This document shows positions 57,463 through 64,000 of a stretch of 64,000 nt of DNA, piece after piece. The stretch lies in the NCBI GenBank assembly GCA_020381345.1, contig GCA_020381345.1_3636.1; one strand, given 5' to 3'. Both the position numbers and the translations under genes were made by a program. How positions within the stretch are numbered: position 1 is the stretch's first letter; the number at the start of each line of letters is the position of its first letter. This DNA is from a phage. The notes under the pieces were generated by a model. It had not been told where the DNA came from, made no database searches, and was given only the letters and a program-made list of their open reading frames with translations.

Positions 57463-57788
57463 CAGAGATCATCATTTCAACTGCAGGGTATGTGTTCCTG
57501 ACAATCATTGCACTGACCATTCTGGTGGTGGTATATGGAATTGTTATTCTCCCTATTCTTGAGACAATTAGTTTGTGTCGGTGTTGGAGAAAGGCTTACG
57601 GTCCACAGCCGTGGAAGGACTGGCCCCACCTGGTGCACATAGCGTTCTCTTATGCTTATGATCACGCCAGCAGTGCATGCATAACCGGGTATCACGCCCA
57701 CAACTGGAGCTGGGAAGGGTTGAGGAAATGGAATGTTACAAAGACCATACCTCTGCGCATGTACAAACCTAAAAACAAAGACAGCTGA
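57459..57788 (+). CDS. membrane protein (N-terminal transmembrane helix)
   Basis: AAAGGGGA RBS; hydrophobic N-terminus IIISTAGYVFLTIIALTILVVVYGIVILPIL. Confidence 0.4.
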   Translation: MTEIIISTAGYVFLTIIALTILVVVYGIVILPILETISLCRCWRKAYGPQPWKDWPHLVHIAFSYAYDHASSACITGYHAHNWSWEGLRKWNVTKTIPLRMYKPKNKDS

Positions 57789-57819
57789 TACTTGAAAATT
57801 CCTGGCATATCAAGTATAA

Positions 57820-58300
57820 GGGGGATTTCTAAAATGGATTTCCTCCTTTTGATATTTCACCGGGCCGGATATTTTAAAATTCTTAGAAAATCAGAAAATG
57901 GATCGAAAACTAAAATGGATTTTTCAGAGTAGGCGCGACAAGCTGAATAACTCATCCTATCGTTTGCACCATATTCCAGGCCACCATTATAGATTTCCCA
58001 CACATGCTAACCTCTCTCTACTAGAACTTCCTCCACTTACCCTTGACCTTCTATGGTAACAATCTAACCGCTATCTTGAAGTTGCGGTGCAGCTTTCCAG
58101 GTACTCGATCTACTTTTCATTTCAGGGCTTGGATTTTCTGAAAATTTTTCTCGATAAATTTCTCAGTACTCGATCTGTTTTTCGTTTTCTGAATCGGATT
58201 TTCTGGAAATCGTTCCGGCTCTCAACCTGAAATTTTTGGGGACGAAATCGATTTTTCGTTTTCAGAAATGGATTTTTAAAATTTCTATATGGGAATATTT
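57820..58300. repeat. AT-rich non-coding region with recurring AAAATGGATTT / GGATTTTCTG / ATCGAAAAC motifs
   Basis: No credible ORF; motif recurs at ~57833, 57896, 57913, 58131, 58196, 58270. Confidence 0.5.
58098..58210. repeat. imperfect ~48-bp direct repeat, two copies, ~66-bp period
   Basis: CAGGTACTCGATCTACTTTTCATTTCAGGGCTTGGATTTTCTGAAAAT vs CAGTACTCGATCTGTTTTTCGTTTTCTGAATCGGATTTTCTGGAAAT. Confidence 0.55.
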
Positions 58301-58392
58301 TAGTGGATACTATTTTATAGTAAATTGTTACGGAGGGTAATTAGCGTGCTAATTAAATTTATTAAATGCGAGGAGTTCTCATTTAGAATTTT

Positions 58393-58650
58393 GAATGATA
58401 ATCATTCTCGTTTGCAGAATAACGGGCAGGCCCAGTGATTGTCTCCCGGCCCCTGTTGCCCCGGCTTGTTATTATAGTATCACACAGGACAAAGAAAGCA
58501 AGGATTTTTTGCATAAATTTTTAAATGATAATGATAACCGTTCTCATTTTATGCAGCGCCCATCCCCGGTGGTTGTCTCCCCCGTCACCGGTGCCTGCCG
58601 TCCTTTCGATAGGTATATTGTGCCACCTGGCGGGGCCGCTGTCAACACTT
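58393..58650. repeat. two paralogous GC-rich units in otherwise AT-rich spacer
   Basis: Both start AATGATAAT, then TTCTC, GCAG, TTGTCTCCC, GTGCC; second unit followed by direct repeat CCTGGCGGGG. Confidence 0.4.
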
Positions 58651-58742
58651 TTCAAAAAATTTTTCTAACCTGATGCGCTAACCGCTGCAACCTGGCGGGG
58701 GCGGCAGGTGGATTCTATCATAAAAATAATTTAAAATAGTCG

Positions 58743-58771
58743 TTGACAACAAGGTTAATCATGGTATTATT
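58743..58771 (+). promoter_or_regulatory. sigma70-like promoter (early)
   Basis: TTGACA, ~16-17 nt spacer, TATTAT. Confidence 0.45.
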
Positions 58772-58820
58772 ACCCTACAAGGTGAACAACACCGCACTAA
58801 CCAGTAAAGAGGATAAATTT

Positions 58821-59018
58821 ATGAACGCATACGGGATCAAAGTACGTCGCAACACTCGCCAGGTGGTCACCAATCAAGTGATTTGCCGGGTGGATGTAAC
58901 CATCAACAACGGGCAAGGCCTTTATAAATTTCGTCGCGGTCATAGCTATACCCTGCAACAGCTTAATCGTTGCGCCCTGACAAAAGGTCAGATCAACCAC
59001 TGGTTTAATAAAAAATAA
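58821..59018 (+). CDS. small early protein
   Basis: AAGAGGA RBS before ATG 58821; 65 aa; basic. Confidence 0.45.
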   Translation: MNAYGIKVRRNTRQVVTNQVICRVDVTINNGQGLYKFRRGHSYTLQQLNRCALTKGQINHWFNKK

Positions 59019-59020
59019 AT

Positions 59021-59049
59021 ATTGACATGTAGTCTGACACAAAATATAC
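59021..59049 (+). promoter_or_regulatory. sigma70-like promoter (early)
   Basis: TTGACA-17-TATACT. Confidence 0.55.
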
Positions 59050-59082
59050 TGAAATCACAAAAGACACTAAGAGGATAAAATC

Positions 59083-59481
59083 ATGAAAACCACAACCTTT
59101 AATTTTGATAATGCCAACTTTTCTTTTTCTGATGTCAAGAACTGCCGCCGTGATCGTGGATTTTACAAGGCTTATAATCTGGTGGGCCTGGACGATGACA
59201 ATAATTTGCACGAAGTAGCTGAGATCCGGTATTATGCCGCCGCCAGCGGGAACACTTACTACTGCGTTTTTTGGATACACGACAACAAGAACAATAAGTA
59301 CGGCTATACTGGCGGCAAGGCGAGCGGTCACGGTTATGATAAAGCTAACGCAGCACTTGAGAGCGCATTAAATGCTATGGGGATCACTGCCGACGGCTGG
59401 ATCTACGAAGAAGAGTTTTTGTCGGCACTTGCTGACCACCTAGGCTATAAAAAGCACATTGTAACATGCGCCCACGAATAA
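59083..59481 (+). CDS. early protein, hypothetical
   Basis: AAGAGGA RBS; 132 aa. Confidence 0.45.
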   Translation: MKTTTFNFDNANFSFSDVKNCRRDRGFYKAYNLVGLDDDNNLHEVAEIRYYAAASGNTYYCVFWIHDNKNNKYGYTGGKASGHGYDKANAALESALNAMGITADGWIYEEEFLSALADHLGYKKHIVTCAHE

Positions 59482-59487
59482 AAATCA

Positions 59488-59515
59488 TTGACACGCTGCA
59501 AAATTTAAGTAAACT
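59488..59515 (+). promoter_or_regulatory. sigma70-like promoter (early)
   Basis: TTGACA-16-TAAACT. Confidence 0.45.
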
Positions 59516-59563
59516 AGACACAAAAGGCGGGAATGTTTCCCGCCAGCACAAAGGAAAAAGATC

Positions 59564-59968
59564 ATGAATAAGAACGTACGCCGCATCATGAACGAGTTGG
59601 CAAACGATGAAAAAATTATTGACATGCATTTGATCAACATTTGCCGCCGTTGTGTAACATATAACAACCGCGCCGCAAAAGCGCGTGAGATGAACGCAAA
59701 AGGCACCTTAAAGCCATTCCAGGTGGTGGTAAAGGCCATTAAAGATGTAACTAATACGGCAAACCAGGTACAGGGGAACACCAACGAGAGTACCAACATT
59801 GATCCGGCTTACATCATGAAACGGATCCGGACCTGCAAGAACAAAGAGCAAGTGTATAATGTCATAGACTGGTTGGATTCTATGGGCGATGTGGTTTACA
59901 ATAGGTTTTCTGCAGCTATCGAGATCCAGCTTGACAGGTTGGACGGTAAAGTACTGAAAACTTACTAA
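59564..59968 (+). CDS. early protein, hypothetical
   Basis: AAAGGAAAAAG RBS; 134 aa. Confidence 0.45.
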   Translation: MNKNVRRIMNELANDEKIIDMHLINICRRCVTYNNRAAKAREMNAKGTLKPFQVVVKAIKDVTNTANQVQGNTNESTNIDPAYIMKRIRTCKNKEQVYNVIDWLDSMGDVVYNRFSAAIEIQLDRLDGKVLKTY

Positions 59969-59979
59969 GTTTATTTTTA

Positions 59980-60016
59980 GATGGCCTTGACTTCAGGGCC
60001 ATCAATAAAGTAAACT
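59980..60016 (+). promoter_or_regulatory. promoter cassette: 7-bp-stem hairpin enclosing -35 (TTGACT) then TAAACT
   Basis: GATGGCC TTGACTTCAG GGCCATC inverted repeat; near-identical copy at 60604-60640. Confidence 0.5.
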
Positions 60017-60051
60017 AATCTCAACTAAGCGAAAAAAAAGGGGGCTTTAAG

Positions 60052-60171
60052 ATGAGCACTACACGCCAATACACAAAGGTAACTATTATCGTTTGCGTTG
60101 TCGGTTACATCCTGGCGCAAATGTTAATGAGTAGCGCTAACAGTTTTGCAAAATTTTTCTTAAATTTTTAA
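60052..60171 (+). CDS. 39-aa hydrophobic peptide (below track threshold)
   Basis: GGGGG RBS 7 nt upstream; MSTTRQYTKVTIIVCVVGYILAQMLMSSANSFAKFFLNF; own promoter. Confidence 0.4.
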   Translation: MSTTRQYTKVTIIVCVVGYILAQMLMSSANSFAKFFLNF

Positions 60172-60172
60172 T

Positions 60173-60199
60173 TGACAAACTAACTTAGATCGATATACT
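60173..60199 (+). promoter_or_regulatory. sigma70-like promoter (early)
   Basis: TTGACA-15-TATACT. Confidence 0.4.
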
Positions 60200-60250
60200 T
60201 AAACACGTAAACGGGAAAACTTCCCAGAGCACACAAAAGGAGAAAACACC

Positions 60251-60592
60251 ATGACTACTATGACCGCCGCAGAAAAAGCTATGCAGATCGCCGCGCTGAA
60301 AAAACAGATCGCAGACCTTGAGAACAAGATCGATAACTTTGAAATCGACGAGGACAAGTACGACGAAAACTATGATGAATGGTTAGACGAGATCTACGGC
60401 GAAATTATGATCGGAAACATTTCTTTTCTTCCGTCGCGTATCCTCAAGGAGCTAGATCCTATCGCTTACCGCTGCGGATTTAGCGACTACATTGACAGCC
60501 TGGATATTGAGGACGATGAAGAATACCAGGAACTACAGACAGAGTTAGAAGAAGCAAAAGAAGAGCTTGCGGAGCTGGAAGAAAACGAGTAA
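60251..60592 (+). CDS. very acidic early protein, candidate DNA-mimic anti-restriction protein (Ocr-like by composition and context)
   Basis: AAAGGAGA RBS; 113 aa, Asp/Glu-dominated, ends EELAELEENE. Confidence 0.45.
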   Translation: MTTMTAAEKAMQIAALKKQIADLENKIDNFEIDEDKYDENYDEWLDEIYGEIMIGNISFLPSRILKELDPIAYRCGFSDYIDSLDIEDDEEYQELQTELEEAKEELAELEENE

Positions 60593-60603
60593 GATTATTT
60601 TTA

Positions 60604-60640
60604 GATAGCCTTGACTTCAGGGCCATCAATAAAGTAAACT
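60604..60640 (+). promoter_or_regulatory. promoter cassette copy (hairpin + TTGACT ... TAAACT)
   Basis: GATAGCCTTGACTTCAGGGCCATCAATAAAGTAAACT. Confidence 0.5.
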
Positions 60641-60681
60641 TTATACTGTTAACACTGAACTAATTCAGAGGAGTTAAAACC

Positions 60682-60927
60682 ATGGCAGCACTAATCACCA
60701 AATATTACGCCCCTACCAACACCAAAAGCGCCCGTATCATGGTAAAAGGCTTCGGACGTAAAAAGGTTTACACCTGGGATTATTCCCTAGACATGGAAGA
60801 CAACTACACCAACGCGATGACCGATTTTATTAACGAGCTGAATACGCGGATCTTAACAAATTATAAAATTACCGACATTGCTTATATAGGTGAAGGCGGG
60901 ATCTGTTTTGTAGGCATTGTGAAATAG
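60682..60927 (+). CDS. early protein, hypothetical
   Basis: AGAGGAG RBS; 81 aa. Confidence 0.4.
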   Translation: MAALITKYYAPTNTKSARIMVKGFGRKKVYTWDYSLDMEDNYTNAMTDFINELNTRILTNYKITDIAYIGEGGICFVGIVK

Positions 60928-61002
60928 TTATTTTTTCGGTGGTCCTTGCTGCAGGGCCATCTATAAAGATAATTTACTAACACCATGAAAGGAGAAAGTA
61001 AC

Positions 61003-61356
61003 ATGATCAGCGGGGCTAGTTTTATTATTGGCGCTATTGCTACGGCTTTAATTGTAAACAAGATCCAGGATAAAAAGGAAAGAGGAAGTACCGCCCTTGC
61101 AGAATATCCATTTTGGACATTCAACGATAACGAAGATTATATTGTAAAGTATAAAAATAAAGAAGGTGACCAAGTAACACCGCGACCGATCCCCGCTTAC
61201 AAGATGCAGGAAACACTATACCGCCTGGAGGCGGGGGGCGCAAAAATTGTAGACTTTTGGGGATACGATCACACAGATCAGGAAGCTATAAAGCGACGTA
61301 TCAGGGCTATTCAGGCCAATATTGAAGTTAGCAAGGGGGGAATATATGAAGATTAA
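61003..61356 (+). CDS. early membrane protein
   Basis: AAAGGAG RBS 8 nt before ATG 61003; N-terminal TM helix. Confidence 0.4.
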   Translation: MISGASFIIGAIATALIVNKIQDKKERGSTALAEYPFWTFNDNEDYIVKYKNKEGDQVTPRPIPAYKMQETLYRLEAGGAKIVDFWGYDHTDQEAIKRRIRAIQANIEVSKGGIYED

Positions 61357-61543
61357 TTTTGAGAAAATTGTAAAGCGATCTCATGATTCCGAAGAGCTGC
61401 CGGAACGCCGCCAGCGTAACAATAAACTGAATAAGCCAAAAAGATTTGGGAAGATCTGGCGGAATCATTATGATCGTAAATTGCCGGGCCTCCTTTTGGA
61501 ACGTGAACGGCAGGCGGAACGATACCGCCACAAAGGCAACTAA
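61346..61543 (+). CDS. small basic protein
   Basis: AAGGGGGG RBS; Arg/Lys-rich; terminator follows. Confidence 0.35.
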   Translation: MKINFEKIVKRSHDSEELPERRQRNNKLNKPKRFGKIWRNHYDRKLPGLLLERERQAERYRHKGN

Positions 61544-61551
61544 CAACCAAC

Positions 61552-61580
61552 GCCCCGCCATCGTGCGGGGCTTTTTATTT
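61552..61580 (+). terminator. rho-independent terminator
   Basis: GCCCCGC CATCGT GCGGGGC then TTTTTATTT. Confidence 0.6.
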
Positions 61581-61702
61581 CTATCCTATGAATAGCGCCC
61601 CTGGTTGGCCCCACAACGCCCTAAAGGCCCCCTGCCCATGCAATCCCCTTTCTTAACCTGAAAACATCGTCAAAGGCTGTTTTAAAGCGTTAAAAAATAT
61701 TG

Positions 61703-61730
61703 TTGACATCTAAAAATACTCTAGATATAC
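61703..61730 (+). promoter_or_regulatory. sigma70-like promoter (early)
   Basis: TTGACA-16-TATACT. Confidence 0.5.
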
Positions 61731-61766
61731 TAACCACATCAAAGCAAGAAGGAAGGAGTAAACGCC

Positions 61767-62027
61767 ATGCGTAAATTAAAAAATTTTGATAAAGTTGATG
61801 TTGTCCTGAATAATTTTTACTACTGCAATAACAAGGCCATTTGGTGGCGTGATAGTTCCACCGATAAGGTTAAGGCGCGCTTTCTCCAGGGGCACTGGCA
61901 AGGCCGCCCAGTGATTAAAATCATGGGGCAATTGGTAGCGTTTAAAAATTGCCGCCGTGTTGATGACGTTGAAGAGATTTTAAACATTTTGCGCCACAAT
62001 AATTTAAAAAATAGTGTTGACAAGTAA
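61767..62027 (+). CDS. early protein, hypothetical
   Basis: AGGAAGGAG RBS; 86 aa. Confidence 0.4.
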   Translation: MRKLKNFDKVDVVLNNFYYCNNKAIWWRDSSTDKVKARFLQGHWQGRPVIKIMGQLVAFKNCRRVDDVEEILNILRHNNLKNSVDK

Positions 62028-62044
62028 ATCTCGATAAGTATACT
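62017..62044 (+). promoter_or_regulatory. sigma70-like promoter (early)
   Basis: TTGACA-16-TATACT. Confidence 0.5.
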
Positions 62045-62101
62045 TAAACACACAGGCGGGAAAACTTCCAGCCACTAACAAAGAAAACAGGAGAAAATAT
62101 C

Positions 62102-62725
62102 ATGACCACCGTTAACATTACCACAGGTTGCAATTTATCTTTCGACGTGCTGACCGACGAACAAAAAGAAAAAGCTATTGAAATGGTCCGCGAAAGAGAA
62201 GAACACAGCGGAGAGGATTTTTTCGCAGAAAGTGTAATTGAATATTATAAAGAACAAGTTTTTCCAGAGTACGGCCTTGAAGATACCGATGTACATTGGT
62301 CCGGATTTTGGTGTCAAGGCGATGGCGCGTCAATTAGTGCTGAAAATGTAGACTTAGAAAAATTCTTGCGTAAAGTCAAGGCCCTGACCAAGTTCCGATC
62401 AATTCGTCACTTGTTTGGCACAATGCACGATGGCGAACTATCAGCCAGTGTTGAACGCGACAAGTACAGCCATTATAGCCATGAAAACACTGTAAGCGGA
62501 TACATTGATACTACATGGCTAGACCTGACCACCAAGCAAGAAAACAAAGTGGAAGATCTGGAAGAGCTGATCACCGAGACGGTACGGGAGTTATCCCGCA
62601 AGGTTTACGTAGACCTGGAGGAGGCCTATCTTGAACAATTCACCGCCGAAAACTTGATCGGCCTTATCGAGGCCAATGATTGGCGGTTTGATGTCGATGA
62701 ATATGGTGAGATGACTTTTTCATAA
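62102..62725 (+). CDS. acidic early protein, hypothetical
   Basis: CAGGAGA RBS; 207 aa, acidic. Confidence 0.45.
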   Translation: MTTVNITTGCNLSFDVLTDEQKEKAIEMVREREEHSGEDFFAESVIEYYKEQVFPEYGLEDTDVHWSGFWCQGDGASISAENVDLEKFLRKVKALTKFRSIRHLFGTMHDGELSASVERDKYSHYSHENTVSGYIDTTWLDLTTKQENKVEDLEELITETVRELSRKVYVDLEEAYLEQFTAENLIGLIEANDWRFDVDEYGEMTFS

Positions 62726-62813
62726 ATAAAGTGTTGCAATAACCTAAAAACCTGCTATATTAAAACTCAAGGGGCAAGACGTTTGCCCCACATAGAATAA
62801 AGAGGGAAACATC

Positions 62814-63194
62814 ATGAAAAACACTACTAAAGCTATTGACACCGTTATGTTTAACCTGGTTACCTTTCGCGAGGATATGAAAGATCTTCCACGTGAAACA
62901 GTGTGCGATCACATTGAAAACTATCGCAAACTAATCAAAGAGTTGCCTTTAAAACGTGACCAGTATGCGGCTAACGCTATGCTCAACGCCATGATCAAAA
63001 AGATGATCCAGTGTGATTTAACTTTGGCCTATGATTATGCAGGAGGTCGTTTTGCAGTATACAATCAGCCCGTGCCTGGTATGGGCACCACCGAAGAATT
63101 GCACGCGCTCAATCTAAAACAAGACGTGTGGGATAGTATGCCCCGCGTGGTGGTGTGGGCAGAAAGCGGAAAGATTTACGGCGATAATTTTTAA
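62814..63194 (+). CDS. early protein, hypothetical
   Basis: AAGAGGGA RBS; terminator follows. Confidence 0.4.
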   Translation: MKNTTKAIDTVMFNLVTFREDMKDLPRETVCDHIENYRKLIKELPLKRDQYAANAMLNAMIKKMIQCDLTLAYDYAGGRFAVYNQPVPGMGTTEELHALNLKQDVWDSMPRVVVWAESGKIYGDNF

Positions 63195-63204
63195 TCAGGT
63201 AACA

Positions 63205-63230
63205 GGCGGCATATTTGCCGCCTTATTGTT
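63205..63230 (+). terminator. rho-independent terminator
   Basis: GGCGGC ATATTT GCCGCC then TTATTGTT. Confidence 0.55.
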
Positions 63231-63258
63231 AAACAGAACTGCAAAAGAGGTACATAGA

Positions 63259-63630
63259 ATGGAATTTATTATTTTGGCTGTATTGGTTGCCTTGTTTAAC
63301 GCCTGGATCGCTGGCAAGATGGGCAGATCCGCCTTTTTATGGTTTATTATATCTATTTTCCTGGGGGTGGTTGCAACTATTGTATTGGTTATCCTTGCAA
63401 TTGTTGACAAGGGGAATAATAGAAAGGGTAAAGTATTTTCAGACCTGTACGACGCTCAAACGTTTGTCAACGCCTATTATAGTGATCTTCCAGTCTCCCT
63501 ACGCTGCAGCCTGGCACAACAGGTTTTTGATGAGGCTAAAACCAGAGATCAAGCCCATGAGATATGTTTAACTGAGGCGGATCGCCTATTTGAGAGGAAT
63601 AGAAAATATGTGGGCCAACCGTTTAAATAA
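63259..63630 (+). CDS. early membrane protein (two TM helices)
   Basis: AAGAGG RBS before ATG 63259; MEFIILAVLVALFNAWIAG...FLWFIISIFLGVVATIVLVILAIV. Confidence 0.4.
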   Translation: MEFIILAVLVALFNAWIAGKMGRSAFLWFIISIFLGVVATIVLVILAIVDKGNNRKGKVFSDLYDAQTFVNAYYSDLPVSLRCSLAQQVFDEAKTRDQAHEICLTEADRLFERNRKYVGQPFK

Positions 63631-63740
63631 TGCCACGTTAATTAATCCTTTTAGTGAAGATTTGAAGCCAGCCGCCTGGCGTGACGGATTCAATAACGAA
63701 CGCTTTATTTTCAGGCCTGATCTTGAGGAATTTTATAACA

Positions 63741-63866
63741 ATGGATCGAACAACAGCGGAGATAATTTTTCTTGTGGTGTGTGTCGTGATAGGACTCCTG
63801 GGGGCCATTGTAGATCGCGTCACCACTACCAGGAGGAAAGGGGGAGACGATGACAACCAAGGATAA
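63741..63866 (+). CDS. 41-aa single-TM peptide (alternative to overlapping 63608..63853 frame)
   Basis: MDRTTAEIIFLVVCVVIGLLGAIVDRVTTTRRKGGDDDNQG; the overlapping frame has low-complexity C-terminus; uncertain which is expressed. Confidence 0.25.
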   Translation: MDRTTAEIIFLVVCVVIGLLGAIVDRVTTTRRKGGDDDNQG

Positions 63867-64000
63867 GCCATGCACCGATAAGGTGCGCCGCGTTATGGTA
63901 TAGCTTGAGATTATCGCCCTTGAAATATTGCTAGGCGTAGGGATGTACTTTATCGCTGTAAGTAACTAGGAACGGCCCCCGATCATGGGGGCCTATCTTT

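Noticed and set aside
58098-58210. CRISPR array
   Set aside because: Only two imperfect AT-rich repeat copies with irregular spacing; no repeat-spacer periodicity and no cas genes.
58395-58673. Protein-coding ORF of 92 aa
   Set aside because: No RBS, spans two paralogous GC-rich repeat units, Pro/Cys-rich low-complexity translation; more likely non-coding.
57790-58740. tRNA genes in the non-coding region
   Set aside because: No acceptor-stem/T-loop (GTTCRANYC) pattern found by eye; a tRNAscan-type search would be needed to exclude it fully.
63608-63853. 82-aa ORF as a definite gene
   Set aside because: C-terminal half is low-complexity and overlaps a more protein-like single-TM peptide frame (63741..63866); not called as a definite feature.
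1-64000. Integrase, excisionase or repressor module (temperate lifestyle)
   Set aside because: No tyrosine/serine recombinase motifs or CI-like repressor recognised; the content looks like a virulent phage, though the window is incomplete.

Overview
This window reads as a tailed dsDNA phage genome with sigma70-type promoters and GGAG-type ribosome binding sites. All calls are from reading the sequence and the ORF track; no database search was run. Layout: (1) 0.6-24.9 kb, + strand: tail, baseplate and tail-fibre module, including a fibre with a C-terminal S74-type chaperone, a baseplate J-like gene, two paralogous fibres with a P2 gpH-like C-terminus plus an assembly chaperone, and a 1867-aa giant protein. 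(2) 24.9-31.65 kb, - strand: a leftward operon of small accessory genes with a HAD-like phosphatase and a metallopeptidase-VWA protein. (3) 31.7-57.8 kb, + strand: MoxR-like AAA ATPase, SleB-like wall hydrolase, an Hsp90-like GHKL ATPase, Dda-like helicase, two DNA methyltransferases, a TOPRIM primase-helicase, a T7-like family A DNA polymerase interrupted by a roughly 276-nt group I intron inside motif C, tandem arrays of small paralogous proteins, an SSB ending DDDIPF, and a macro-domain protein. (4) 57.8-58.7 kb: a repeat-rich non-coding region, possibly genome terminus or origin. (5) 58.7-64 kb: a cassette array of strong sigma70-like promoters each driving small early genes, including a very acidic Ocr-like candidate. 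The most novel candidate is the Hsp90-like GHKL ATPase with its partner gene; the MoxR/VWA-metallopeptidase pair, the paralog arrays and the macro-domain protein are further candidates. No integrase, CRISPR array or tRNA was recognised.
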